A DNA stretch of 64,000 nucleotides from Felis catus (GCF_018350175.1 NC_058383.1:5830001-5894000), one strand, 5' to 3'. Positions 35,690 through 48,987 are shown, numbered from the stretch's first letter. The notes: generated from the letters alone by a model not told the origin. Program-made: numbers and translations.

Positions 35690-36700
35690 CACTTCATTTA
35701 TTCAACAAACACTGGCTGAGTGTCTCCTCTATTCTAGGCGTTGGGATCTGTGGGGATGGACACAAAGATCCCCACTCTGGGAGTGTATGTTTGAGTGGAG
35801 GACGGTGGGGATCGGGAGGGCCAGGGGGCAGTTTGTAATCTTCATAGGATGGCCAGGGGGTCCTCACTGAGAATGCAATGTTGGAGCAGAGACTTGGAGG
35901 GGGTGGAGGAGGGAGCCAATTGGGTATCTAGGGAAAGACCATTCCAGAAAGAGAGAACAGCCTGTGTAAAGGCCCAGTGTGGGGTGTGGGGAGTATGCTG
36001 GGGGCCGTTGAGAACTAGAAGGAGCCTATATGGGGGCACCTGGGTGGCCCGGTTGGTTGAGCGTCCGACTTCGGCTCAGGTCATGATCTCACAGTTCGTG
36101 GGTTCGAGCCCTGCATCAGGCTCTGTGCTGACTGCTTGCTCAGAGCCTGGAGCCTGCTTCAGATTCAGTGTCTCCTTCTCTCTCTGCCCTTCCCCCGCTC
36201 ACACTTTGTCTCACTCTGTTTCTCAAAAATAAATAAATGTAAAAAAATTTTTGTTTTAAAAAAAGAAGGAGGCTATATGGGGGTGGGGGTGGGGGTAGGG
36301 TAAAGCTCAGAAAAATAATCAGAGGCCCAATCCGGGAGGGATTGGTAGGTCTTACAAGGACTCGGCTCTCTCTAAGTCAAATGGGCACCATGGGAGCGTT
36401 TGAATGGACAGCTGGCTTGAGCTGACATGTTTTCACAGGGTGACGCTGGCTGCTGTTGAGAATGGATTTGAGTGGGACAGAAAGAGGGACATCCCTCTGG
36501 AGGCTCATGCGGTGTCTGGGAGAGATGAAGGTCCCTGAGATCAGGGGGGCGGTGAGACTCGGTTGGATTCGGGGTCTTTTCTGAAGATGGTGCACATGGG
36601 ACTTGCTGTGGGATCAGATGTGTAAGAGGGAGAGTGGCCGATGCCACCGCCATGATTTCTGACCTCAAGGACGTCCAGGCGACCCCCCCTGGATGAGGAA
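35690..36700 (-). mobile_element. L2 fragments
   Basis: TCATTTATTCAACAAACAC.GGCTGAGTG (L2 3' end), GAGCAGAGACTTGGA, GAGAACAGC.TGTGTAAAGGCCC. Confidence 0.7.
36032..36263 (+). mobile_element. SINEC inside L2
   Basis: Head and tail; TSD AGAAGGAGSCTATATG. Confidence 0.94.
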
Positions 36701-36865
36701 GCCCGTGGGGGAGGTGGGGGGAGGCAGGAGGAGAGCCACGGGGAGAGTGGGGTTCCGGGGGACCTGGGGACACCAGGAAAGATGAGATGTGGATGGACAG
36801 GCAACAGAAGTGACTTTGGATTCAGCAACTTCCCTGGTAACCTTGACGCCCCCAGTCTTTGCGGA

Positions 36866-36965
36866 TGCGGTGGGCTGTATAATGACCTCCCCAAATAGAC
36901 GTCCGAGTCCTAGCTCGCCGTGCCTGTGAGTACGACCTCACTCGGAAACAGTGTCTTTGCAGACA
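36866..36965 (+). mobile_element. MLT1 5' fragment
   Basis: TGCGGTGGGCTGTATAATG.CCTCCCCAAA..CCTGTGAGTACGACCT..GGAAA..GTCTTTGCAGA. Confidence 0.65.
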
Positions 36966-39900
36966 GATAGATTTTATAACATTTTGGAATTTTAAATACA
37001 AACCGATGGATTATTGAAGACCATTTCATTATTCATCTGCTGAGACATTCTTACCTATTGGTAGTGAGCATAATTTTCCACCATTCCCTTGAAATTCCCT
37101 GGCTTCCTGGCACCCCTGCACACCCTTCTCTCCGGGAGCCAGGGGAGGAGCTCCTGGCCTTGCAGGCTCCGTGTTTGCAGTGTGGATGGGTGCCCAGGGC
37201 CTGGGGCTTGGAACAGCAAATCGATTCCTGGGGCGAATGAAGCTTACAGCTGTCCGGATTTCAAACGGCCAGCTCAGCCTTGCAATGGCCTCACGTAGTT
37301 GTTTAAAATTCCAGAATTTAATCATCACGCTTGGCATAACTGTAAGAGGGGTGGGTGGTGGGACAGGAAAACACTGATGTAAACGCACAGGACCGTGGGC
37401 TCCAGCTTGAGGTGGGAAGTGCGTTTGTTCCCCAGGCTGGGCAGAGTGGATTCTGGCACACGAGCCGATTGCTTTGTGCAGCCAGGCACGGAACACCAGC
37501 CAGCCCACTGCTCCATCCACATGGGTGCAGCCAGGGACACGGGACTGTCCTGTAGGAAAGCTGGCCCTTCTGGGAAATGATGCAAATGCTCCCAATAGAG
37601 TCTGTTAACGTGGCCATGAATCCCTGCCAGGGTGACACTCGTCCTGGCTGTCCCTGGCTCAGGCAAGGGTTTCTCCAAGGCAGTTTGACTATAAACACAT
37701 TTTGTTGGGAGTGCTAACCCATCACCCCCGAGAAAACCGTGGCATCCCTGTATCTGTTAATTCACTCATTCTGCCATTCATTAAAAGCATTACCAAATGC
37801 CTGTCGCGCATCAGGCACCCTGCTTGTGTCAAATGAAACAATCGATTCCCAGATAATGTGTCTACCCAAGGCCAGGTTATCTGGGTAATTGACCGGAGGT
37901 CTTGGCGTCCCTGTGGATTAGAGAATTTTGTGCAGTGTAACATTTGGAGGAGTTCAGCCTCGAGTTGAAATAAGACTTCAATGTGGCTTCTTGTGAACAC
38001 AGCAAAGCATCCATCAATTTTGCACACTCCCAGGGCCACTCCCTGGGGGTGCTCCAGGATCCCCGTTTTGATCAGGGCTGCAAGCATTTTATTCTTCAAA
38101 GCCAGACAGTGTCCAACCTTTTCACCCCACCATTGCTCTGCGTGTTTGTATTGCTGGCCAGCCTTGCCAACAGATAAATTCATCAAGTTCCATGTCCTAA
38201 TCTTCACCGCTCTAGTCTCGTACTCCTTCCCTGGCTTGTACAGGAGGCATTCCTGATAAGGGGTTTGTCTGCCTGGAAGGCAAGGAGGCCAGCCCCAGCT
38301 CCGTATCACTGGTGTGGGATTTTCACTTTTATTTATAGGGCAGGTTGTCAGGGACAAGCCGAGTGTTGGATCTTCCAGAATGTTACAGAGAAAACATCCC
38401 CACACGTTTCAAAAATCTTCTCTCTGAACAAGAGGTTGCCAAGGGGAAATTTACCAACCAGCTGCTTTTTTTATGATGATGAGAGGGAGTAGTGGCCAGG
38501 CTTATAGCTGGGCGGGAGCGCTGTCACGCGGCCCCAAGAACAGAGTTTGCAAGAGGCTCGTATGTGTTCAGAGTTCTGGCTCAGTACAGAAGCACTGTCC
38601 TTTCCCACCACCCCTTAAGCACTACCGGGATTGACTCTGCTGCTAAAGCCACTTGTTTGGTGCCTCTCAATTCCTTTCAAAATTATAGTTGGTTCTGGTG
38701 AAAGGGTGGATGATGCAAAAATGGCAGAAGGAGTGTGTTGTCCATTTTAGGGGCACCTCATCTTTTGGACCTTGGCTAACGATAATGGGATTTCTACTCT
38801 CCCCCATTTACCCTCACTTAGGGACACGAGGCAAGATAGGGGGATCAGGACTGAATGAAGCGGCTTGCCCCAGATTCTGTGGGCAGGGGTGGGGCCCCTT
38901 AGAGAACAGTGCAGAGGGAGGCGCTGCCATTTCTGAACGTGCGAACGCCATATGGTTTCCAGCCACTTTCAACCAAACATCTGTTTTATTAATATTAAAT
39001 GAAAGTGCTTTTGGCTGTTAAGAAAACATTACTATAAAATGTGTAAGTATAATGATCACATCCTCAATACAGCGTACAAGATCGCCTCTGTGGAAAACAG
39101 GCACTTGTACATTTGCTTTTTATCATATGTGAGTATGATAGGTAATGAGAACATCAATCTATGTGGAATGATAAAAATAAAATTTACTGCATCTTCCTGA
39201 CATCAATAGTGTCTCAGAGTGCATCAGGCCCCTTTTCTCAGTGAGATTAATTTGGGCTTCTTTTAAACTTTGCTGTGTTCATCTGATATATCAGTTCAGC
39301 AGAGTCTAATTACCAGGGGCTGATGGAGTAGATTTGTATTAGTTCGTTGACTGGCAAGGGCAGAAGGACCCAGAAGCAGATTGCTGATTCTCAAGCATCA
39401 TCCAGCTTCCTGGAGGAAAGGCACGTTGCTGAAGATCTTGCCTGAGTGGAGTGCGAAGATATTCGGTGTCTGCAAACGTCTGTCATACACTGAGGATGCA
39501 AGTTTTGGAGGGAATGAGGGCAAGTAAATAGAGTATTGTACATCTTCATTAAGTCAGGTGTTTGTGGGATGGAGGAAACTGTCCTCATCTGTATGTGTTA
39601 CTTCTCCGGGTTGGCAAAGGGTGTAGATCATAAGAGATGGTCGATACAGCATTTTCGCCTACCAGAAATGTCTATTAACCAGCAGATCTGCACATTTACG
39701 GTACAAATAGAAACCGATACTCATAATTATGACTCTCAGGCAACAAAAAATCCTGGTGAGACTCTCTGTTTATCAGAGCCAGATTAAATTATGGTCACTG
39801 AGGTTTTAGTGCCAAATGCATTTTATTGTTTTGTAATTCTTTGGGATAGGGAGATCCATGGAAGGTATAGAGGTAATGCTCCATTAACCAGGCTATCTGA

Positions 39901-40379
39901 TTGAGACAGAAGGTCTCATCTGCCAGCTATGCTGGAGAACAGAGTTAACAGAAACGTGCTGGTGAAATGTGCAAACGGCAGCCTAGCCAAGTGCGGCTTC
40001 CCTTGTCATGGCGGTGGTTGGAGATAGAGAGGTCAGGCTGTGGGTGCCCATGAGCCGGCCACAGGGTGCATTGCCTATAGCACGGGGAAGACCTTGGGGG
40101 CAGTGGTCCTTGCTGAAGATGACATACAGAAATGCGTCTGGGTCTCAAGGACTTTGTGTGTCCCATCCTTGTCAACCAACCAAACTGCCTGCATAGTGTG
40201 GAACTCTGGGGAGTCCTGAGGCCCGGTGACTGGGATAAATGGGTGGTGTCTACATAGGGCACTCCCTGTTTGGGCCGCATGAGGCTTGGTGGGGAAGGGG
40301 CTTGCCCGAACAGAGCACGATCTTGAACCCCAGCTTCCAGCCTTCTGGAGTCGGGCTTGTCTCCACACCTTGTAGAGTC

Positions 40380-40760
40380 CTCTCTGCCCTGACTGCAGCT
40401 CTGGTCCTCCCCTGTTCTCTAAGCATGCAAACTCACTCCTGCCTCAGGAGCTTTGACAGGTTGTTTTCACCGCCTGGAATGTTTGTCTCCTTGATATTCA
40501 CATGCTTGGCTCCTTCAGACCAAGTGTGGGTGCCTTCTAAATGGTGAGTTTCTGTGACAGCCCATCTGAAGGGGACATCCGATCACTTTCCATGATGTCA
40601 TCTTGTTGTAACACCTTGCACCTACCTCACACCCAGTATCTTCTCAGTTGCTTGTATGGAGTTTGTCGTTTGTCTCTCCATGAGGGCAGGGGACTGGCGG
40701 GCTCCTCTCAGTGTATCTCCAAGGCATAAAGCACACTGTGGGTGCTCGTTACAGTTTGGT
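40380..40760 (+). mobile_element. L2 3' fragment
   Basis: CTCCTGCCTCAGG.GCTTTG..GCCTGGAATG..CTCCATGAGGGCAGGG..GGTGCTC. Confidence 0.65.
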
Positions 40761-41519
40761 GAAAGGAACGAAGCTATCAAGTGTTTGGGGGCAATTGTGG
40801 TTTGACCACACATCCAAATCCACCCATCACATACTCCAAATCCTGGAGCAAGGCTTGGAGCTTCCTCTAGCCACAAGGATGGATGACGTGGATGGGAAAA
40901 CGCCCACAGTGTGGCCGGTGCTGTTTCAGGCCCTAGGGAGGCCAGGCTTCCTGGTGAAGGTCACCCCCAAACCTGCCCAAGATCTCCCCAGGAAACATCT
41001 GCATTAAAAATGAAGGGGCTGTGGCAAAGATGTCCCCAGAGAGGGTTCCAGAATTCTCCCATGCAGGCATGGTGGGGTCGAAGGCAGAAGAGCCCAAGGT
41101 AAGAGCTTAGAGGGATGGAACCAGACAGAGTCGGCTGGCGCCATGGTCTGCCCAGCGCATGTGTGACCTCGGTGAAGTCCTCTCTGTGGCTTGTCTGCAA
41201 AATGACTGACAGCTGTCTTTCCAGCCCCCCTCCCGCAGATGCAGGAAAGGCCGCATGTGCCAGCAAGTGCAGGTGGATGTGTACACAGCACAAATGTCAA
41301 GCTGTCATTAGCGGACGCAAGCCAATAATCAAGACCCCCTTGCTCATAGCGACACTGGTCTAACCAGTGACTTACATTTCTGTTTCCAGTTTGGTCCTTG
41401 GGAGTCCAGAGGCTCCTGCATTTTAGACCAGCAAGTTATTGTTGTCTTGCCTGAAGAGCAGCAATTGTAATAACCGTGATGGCAAGATTGGCGGTTTGCA
41501 TTTCTGAAGAACAGTCCAT

Positions 41520-41720
41520 GGGCTGGATGCTGTGCCAAACTCATTGCATGCACTGTGGTGTTCAATTGACAGCAGCCCCATGGGGCACATACCAGTGAAG
41601 AAATGGAAGGCTGGAAGAAGTTAAATTACTTGCCCACCCAAGCTCGCTCAGCTGGTAGACGGCAGAGCAGGGATGTGAAACCTGGAGTCTGGCACCCAAG
41701 ACTACCTCTGGGCCACCGGG
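41520..41720. mobile_element. MIR fragment
   Basis: GAAGTTAAATTACTTGCCCA..CAGCTGGTAGACGGCAGAGCAGGGATGTGAAACC. Confidence 0.65.
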
Positions 41721-42859
41721 ACTCACGGTCCTCACTAGAGGTAACTGAGACCCAGGAGGGCCTGGTCACATGGGAGAAGTGATGGGCTGAGGTAGCTGGA
41801 GTGGGGGGAGGCATCTTGCTCCCCGAGAGGTGGTGATGTGGTTCATGGAAACACCATCACCTGTGGCCGATGGCTGGAAAGGTCCCAGCAGGGCCTTGAT
41901 CTAGTGCTAATGAATCTGCAAAAAAATAAAAAAAAAGAGGGGGTGCCTGAAAGAGTTTAAATGCAAACTCCCCAAATTCAAGAGAAAGAATATTAAAACT
42001 CTGCTCTTCATGAAAATAACTTTGTGGGGAGGGCCCTTTTTCCCTCATGCTGATTGGACAAATTGCATGCGAAGCTTCTGGGTTCTCCTTGGCTCAAGAT
42101 GAAGGTTATGTCCGTGAACAACTTATCTTAAGGTTGAACCCAGTGGTCTTACAGTAAGCACTACAGGGTGGACCCAGCAGAACAGCCAGGTTGTGAGGCC
42201 CCCACGGGGCCCCCAAGGGTGGGGGGAGGAGCCAGGTGAAGCTGGTTCAAATCTGTCTGCATCTTCCTCAGAGCCTGTGTCCTCTTCTGTTTAATGGGAG
42301 CAGTGTGTCCACCACAGAGCTTTCCCAGAAATAGGAACAGTCTATGTGATATGCCTGACAGTGAACTGGTTCTCAACACAGGGTAGCAACTCCAGTGATT
42401 AGGACTTTATGGATTTTGAACAAGGTGGCAAGTGGAAAAATATTCTCACGGATGTCTGTCCCTTCCATGGAGGGGAGCGCCGGACACCATCTGCCCCAAT
42501 AGAGGGGCCCCTGACTGCATCCTCTGCTGGTGTCCATCTGCGGGGGGGACAGGGGCAGGGTCCCACCCTGCCTACTGTCTAGACCAAGGAATTCGCACCC
42601 TGTCTGAGCCCCTAATGGGCCGCTCCTCTTCTCTTGCACATCCAAGAAAGGCCCACATGGGGGACAGTGAGGAGGTGTGAGCAGGCTGGGGGAGATGGTT
42701 TGCTGGGCTTCTGCAGTGCAGAGTGATCCCCACCCAGGGGCAGACGGAGGCCCTGGCTGGGCTGTGAAGTTGGAGCTCCTGCTACAAACTGAGGAGCTGG
42801 GGAAGGTGGATGGATGTTGGAGATGCTGGGGGGTCCTGACAAGTGCATCCTGTTGGGGA

Positions 42860-43252
42860 TTGTACAGAGATGAAGGGCATCACCTCAAAATTCATGTCCT
42901 TCCCCCATCCTCAGAATGTGACCTTATTTGGGAATAGAGTCATTGCAGATGTAATTAGTTAAGATGAGGTCCTGCTGGAGTAGGTGGCCTTTCATCCAAT
43001 GGGACTGGGGTCCTTATCAATCATAAGAGGAGAAAAGACACAGAGACGCCCAGTAGGAAGACAGCCATGAGATGATGGAGGCAGAGATTGGAGCAGTGTA
43101 TCTACAAACCAAGGAATTCCAAAGACTGCCAGGAACCAGCAGCTAGTGGAGAAACATGGAGGCCCCAAGGAGAAACCAGTCCTGCAACACCTTGGTTTTG
43201 GACTCCTGGCCTCTAGAACAGTGAGACACTAAATTTATGTTGCTCTGAATCA
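42860..43252 (+). mobile_element. MLT1C LTR
   Basis: CCTCAGAATGTGACCTTATTTGGGAATAG..TTGCAGATGTAATTAGTTAAGATGAGGTC..GGAGGCAGAGATTGGAG. Confidence 0.9.
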
Positions 43253-43339
43253 TGGTGACTTTCAGAGAGTGGGGACAGTGTCTGAAGAGGTGGGCCCTTG
43301 GACAGAAGAAGAATGTTTGTTTCAGCAAACACCGCCTAT

Positions 43340-43590
43340 GTTTGGTGCATAGGTAAGCATCTGGCGCTAAAGAAGCACACAGGCCAATGGGAATACATTC
43401 AGAAACAGCCCCACATGTGCAGGGGAAGATGTATAACATTTCAGATCAGTGGGAAAATGTGGGATTATTCAATAAGCGGTATTGAAAGAGACTTGGAATA
43501 GTCTGGAAAAAATGAAGCTGGGGTCCCCTACATCACTGTTTATGTGAAAATGAATTCTAGATGGATCAGAGGGCTAAATGTATTACTAAG
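43340..43590 (+). mobile_element. Old L1 (L1ME-like) ORF2 fragment, left part
   Basis: CATTTCAGATCAGTGGGAAAA..GGATTATTCAATAA..AAAATGAATTCTAGATGGATCAGAG. Confidence 0.7.
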
Positions 43591-45090
43591 AAAGAAGGCC
43601 ATGGCTTCTGAAGAGATGGAATAGGTATTTTTTTCTATTCTGCCTGCTCAGTATAGCTAATATCCCTGGACATTGTATGGAAAACAAACATAAGAAGTCT
43701 CTGAAAGGTGGGGAGAAGGCAGACGGGCCAGGGAGCTTAGGACCCAAGGAATGACATGGTAGTGAGTTCCTTGAAGCTTGATGTGTGTGTATGTATAAGT
43801 GTGTGTGTGCACTTTATATATCTCAGACTGAGTATCAGAGAGGCTGGCAACCTAGAAATGCCAACAGGTACAGACAAAAAAAAGCCCTACGAAGAATCTG
43901 CTCTCTCTAGCCAAAGGACAAGGAAAGTGGGAGCCTAGTAAAGCAGGCAACTTTAGACAATGACCTCTGCACTTCTGCCAAGCACTACTGAAAACAGAGG
44001 CCCTACCCCTGCCAACACAGGCTGAGTGAGGAGCCCAAACCTTCACCCCTGCCAGACTGTAATGAGGCACCCCAACCCACTCCCCCTCCCCTTTGACAAA
44101 ATGGTGGCAGAGAAAGCCCTAATGGGGAGCCACAAATTTTATTCCTGCTGGTGGTAAGGACACCCCCTCCCTCTGTGGATTTGGTGGAGGCTGTGTATGG
44201 AGCCTGGTGGTAAGCACCACCCAGTGGGAAGTAACAAGGGCCACTCCCCCTCCCTCCTGGGGTAGTGTCAGCTGAGGCCTAGAGGGGAGCCTCCACTTCT
44301 ACCCCACCTATAGCAGCTAGGAGGAGGCCTTCCCCTTCTCCTGCCAGAGAGATGTCACAGGAGGCCTGGTAAAATAGGACATTTAAATAAGATCCAGATC
44401 CTCAAGATATAATACCAAAAATATCCAGGTTTCGGTAGAAAAATCACTCATCATACCCAAACTCAGGAATATCTCAACTTGAATGAGATAAGGCAATCAA
44501 CAGAAACCAACATTGAGGTGGCACAGAGATCAGAATGATCTGACAGGTATGTTAAAGGAGCCATCATAGAAATGCTTCCACAGGAAATAACAAACACGCA
44601 TGTTACAAAAGACAGTGTAGAATATCTTAGCAAAGAAACATAAAGTTCCAGCAAAGAGATAGAAGCTATAAAGAAGAACCAAATGGAAATTTTAGAACTG
44701 AAAAATGAGAGAACCAAAATAAAAGCTCAATGGGTGGGTTTCACAGCACAATAATGGACAGAAGAAAGAATCTGTAAACATGAAGATAGAACAATAGAAA
44801 TTACCCCGTCTGAACAATGGAGAGAAAAGACTAAAAGTCATCATCACACAAAAACAGAGAGACTCAGGGGCCTATGGGATGACAACAAAAGGTCTGACAT
44901 TCATTCCATAGGAGTCCTGGAAGGAGAGGAGAAAGAGTGGGGCTAAAAATTATTCAGAGAAATAATGGCTGAAAACTCCCCAAGTTTGGCAAAAGACATA
45001 AACCTACAGGTGCAAGAAGCTGAGTGAACCCCAAACAGGACAGACCTTAAGAAGTCCATGCTAAGACACACCATGTTCAAATTTTTGTAA

Positions 45091-45253
45091 GTCATGATCT
45101 CGTGGGTTGTGGGCTCAAGCCCTGTATTGGGCTCTGTGCTGACAGCTCAGAGCCTGAAGCCCACTTCAGATTCTGTGTCTCCCTCTCTCTGCCCCTCCCT
45201 ACCTCTCCTCTTTCTCTCTCAAAATAAATAAACATAAAAAAAAAAAAACAACA
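45091..45253 (+). mobile_element. 5'-truncated SINEC inside L1 ORF1
   Basis: Starts at GTCATGATCTCG; body and A-tail present. Confidence 0.88.
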
Positions 45254-46402
45254 ACTGTGGAGGCCAGAAGGAAGCAGCACAATATTTTTCAAAAGCTTAA
45301 AGAAAGAAATACCAACCCAGAATTCTATATCAAATAAAAATATCCTTTGGGAATGAAGAGGAAATGAAGAACCTCTCAGAGGAAGGAAATCTAAGAGCAT
45401 TTGTCACCAGCTCATCTACCCTAAAAGGATGGCTACAGAAAGTCCTCAAAACAGAAATAAAAATGATTAAAAACAGGAATCTTGAAACACCAGAAAAAGC
45501 AATAGCAAGAGTAAACATATGGGTAAACACAACAGACTTTCCTTTTATTCTTGAGTTCTCTAAATTATGTTTGATGGTTAAGCAAAAATTCTAGCATATT
45601 TGACAAGTCCTCCATATATGTAGAGGAAATATTTAAGACAATTATATTATAAATGGGAGAGTATAATGGGGTGTAAGGGAAGTAAGGTTTCTATATTTCA
45701 TTTGAACTGGTTAAACGCCAGTATCAGTAGACTATGATCTATTATGGATGTTTCATGAGATACCTAAAGTAATCATGACAAAGTATGCAAAGAGACATAT
45801 TCCAAAACACTATTTATAAATCAAAATGGAATTCTAAACAATGTTCAAGTAACCCACAGGAAGGCAGAAAAAAGAAAACAAGAAATGAGAAACAGAGAGA
45901 AAGAATGGAAAACAAACCAACAAGCAAAAAAAGGTAGACTTAAGCCCTGACAGCAGTAATTACATTAAATATAAATAGTCTAAATATACCAATTAAAAGA
46001 CAGAGATTGACAGGGTGAATTAGAAAAAACAGGCATGCAGGAAAATAATTTGGCGGTTTCTTAAAAAAATTAAACATATGCTTAATATACGGCCCAGCAA
46101 TTGCATTCCTGCATATCTATCACAGAGAAGGGAAAACTTATGTCCACAGAAAAGTCCAATTGTGCATAGAAACTTTATCTGAAATAGCCAAAAACCCTGG
46201 AAAAAGTCAAAGTGCCCTGCAACAGTTGAGTGGTTCAACAAATTATGGAATATCCATACTATGGAATACTTCTCAGCAGTAAAAAGGAATGAACTGTCAA
46301 AACAGGCAACAATTTGGATGATCTCAAGGGCATCATGACGAGTGAAAACAGTCAATCTCAAATGGTCGTATGCTGTGTGATTCCACTTATGAAAAAATCA
46401 TA

Positions 46403-46608
46403 GGAGCACCTGGGTGGCTCAGTCAGTTAAACGTCCAACTGTTGATTTCAGCTCAGGTCATGATTCCAGGATTGTGCCATCAAGCTCTGGTCAGGCTCTG
46501 CACTTAATGTGGAAGACTGCTTAAGATTCTCTCTCCCCCCCCCCCCTTTGCCCCTCTTCCCCACTTGCATACTCTATTTAAAATTTAAAAAAAGAAAAAA
46601 GAAAAAAA
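46403..46608 (+). mobile_element. SINEC inside L1 3'UTR
   Basis: Head GGAGCACCTGGGTGGCTCAG; TSD AAAAAATCAYAGG. Confidence 0.92.
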
Positions 46609-46959
46609 ATCACAGGTATGGAAAATAGATTAGTACTTTCCAAGGGCTAGTGGTGGAGTAGGGGAAGGAGGACTGGTCTGACTAAGGGGCAGTGTGTGGG
46701 AGATCTCTGTGGAGATGAAACAGTTTTGTATCTTGGTTGTGGTGGTGGCCACACAAATCTACACAAGTGACAAAATGGCACAGAACTATACACACACATT
46801 GAACCAATGTCAGTTTCCTGGTTTTCAAGTTGAACTATAACCACAAAAGCTGTAACCACTGGAGGAAACTGGGTGAGGGTACAGGGACCCCTCTCTGTAC
46901 TATATTAGCAACTTCCTGCAAATCTATGATTGCTTCAGAATAAAAATTTAAAAACAATA

Positions 46960-47560
46960 AAGACATAAAAATTACAGAAGAGAGCATGAGTGAAATAAAA
47001 TGCAAAGCCTAGAGCTCGGAGAGGAAATAATCAATAAATTTAGCTACATAAAAATCGGAGACTTTTGTTTGATAGAGTAGACCATAACGGAGTCAAGAGG
47101 GAGATGAAATTCTGGGAGAAACATATTTGCAATGTCTGTGGCAGACATATGTGGCAGGCCAATCTCCTTGCCTTACAGAGTTCACATAAGTCAACAAGAA
47201 AAAATAACCCAATAGAAAAAATGGGCAAAGGATGTGAACGGGCGATTTACTGAAAAGTGAATACAAATGGCCAACAAATGTGGGAAAGATGCCCGGCCTC
47301 ATTCTTAATGAAGGGCATGTAAAACAGACAATAGTGAAATTTGTTGTTCACTTATCAGATAACAAAAATGGAAAACCAGGATGCCCCAGGGCTGGTGAAG
47401 TAGACATATTCCTACACTGTTGGTGGGAGTATGAATCAGTGTCCTTGTACCAGAAGACAGTTAGGGAATAATTATGAAAATTAAAAATACTCCCTGCAAC
47501 CCCACTGCCATGAAGTTATCCTAAAAGCATACTCTCAAGTTTCTCAAGATACATGTGCCA
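46960..47560 (+). mobile_element. Old L1 (L1ME-like) ORF2 fragment, right part
   Basis: AACCCAATAGAAAAAATGGGCAAAGGATGTGAAC, ACACTGTTGGTGGGAGTATGAAT. Confidence 0.75.
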
Positions 47561-47764
47561 AGAAATCAGTTTTTGTTTTTGCACCAAGAAATCAGTCATA
47601 TTTATAAAATGGTGCCTGGAACATAGCAAGTGCTATGTAAGCGTTTATTAAATGAATCAGTAGGGCTCAGCTTGGGCCCAGGAAGGCTGTGGCTTCAGGG
47701 ACACTGGCACACAAGACCCTCAGCACAGACACCAGGGTCATGGTGCCCACTATTGGTGCTTACC

Positions 47765-48090
47765 TGTGATGGTTCATTCTATGTCTCAACTTGACCGGGA
47801 CAACTGGGTGCTCAGATATTTGGTCAAAAATTATTTTGGATGCATCTGTGAAGGTGTTTTTGGATGATATTAGAATGTGACTCCGTAGGCTGAATAAAGC
47901 AGCTGGCCCTCCTTAATATGGGTGGGCCTCATCCAATCAGTTGAAGGCCCCAATCTAATCAGTTGAATAGAACAAAAAACCTAGATAAGAGGGAATTCGT
48001 TTTGTCTGACCTTCTTTTAGGTGGGAGACATTAGTCTTCTCCTGCCTTTGGACTTGGGACTGAAATGTACACAACTGGCTCTTCTGTATA
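47765..48090 (+). mobile_element. MLT2 (ERVL) LTR, partial
   Basis: TGTGATGGTT.ATT.TATGT.TCAACTTGAC..CAGATATTTGGTCAAA..GGGTGGGCCTCATCCAATCAGTTGAAGGCC. Confidence 0.88.
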
Positions 48091-48907
48091 GAGAGAGTCT
48101 CACATTTAAAACTTGGTTCCTCCTGTTTCCCAACTTCCAGGGACGATGGTGATGATGTGTTTGGTGCAGTGCCTTTTCTTACACACACACGTCTCTATTC
48201 ATCTCAAACATGTCCCCGCACAGGGTATGAACACCCAGCAATCCAGATACCCAACCCTTGGGACCCATAACGTCTCTCCCTCCCCTGCCGCACTGACTCA
48301 TCCGCGGTGTAGACACTGGGCTCGGCCTTAGGGGACACATCCCGATAGAGGTAGGCCCAGCTGGGTGTGTCTCATCTCTAGGGAACTCCAACCTCACAAC
48401 GTGGGCTGGGCAGGTAAGAAAAGTGATGGTCTCACCTCTCTGGTCTCAAATTCCTGAGTCAGGAGCATTTTATGACTAGGGTCAATGTCACTAAAAGGCA
48501 AACAACAGGATGCAGGCCTGTGCAGGAAAGGCAGTTTGCAGAGATTTCTTGCCCCTCTGTTCTCACCTATCAATCTTTATCTAATTGAACAAGATTCTCC
48601 GCCTGCAGTAAAGACAGCCACACACACAGACCTGGCGGTTTGCTCAGCTGGGGGACTTTGTAGCTTTTGCTCACACATGTATTTGTGGTGAAAGTTCTTA
48701 CTTTAGAAGAGAAATAGAACAGAGAGCTTGGGCTTGTGAATTTGTATTTCTCCTCTTTTGCACTCTGAGCCCATGAGATGCAAAGAAAGTTCTAGAACAC
48801 AGCTCAGAAGGACCTCTGGATTCCATCTGCATTCACTGAGCTGTCATCTTTGGACACACACCATGTGAGCTCTCAGGCCTACTGTTATCAGCACTGCCTT
48901 TTAAATG

Positions 48908-48909
48908 AA

Positions 48910-48976
<67 letters not shown>
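48908..48976. repeat. (GAAA)n microsatellite
   Basis: About 17 perfect units. Confidence 0.95.
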
Positions 48977-48983
<7 letters not shown>

Positions 48984-48987
48984 AGGT

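Larger units (their letters stand above)
43600..46955 (+). mobile_element. L1MC/MD-like element: 5'UTR, decayed ORF1, ORF2 start, then ORF2 end and 3'UTR
   Basis: ORF1 motifs AAGAACCAAATGGAAATTTTAGAACTGAAAA, GAAATAATGGCTGAAAACT, CCAACCCAGAATTCTATATC; ORF2 start CTAAATATACCAATTAAAAGACAGAGATT; 3' end AACTTCCTGCAAATCTAT..AATAAAA. Confidence 0.85.

Noticed and set aside
36279..36300. G4-like GGGGGT runs (also 6901-6933)
   Set aside because: Common motif with no context suggesting function
37722..38405. 227-aa minus-strand ORF
   Set aside because: No recognisable protein motif or exon structure
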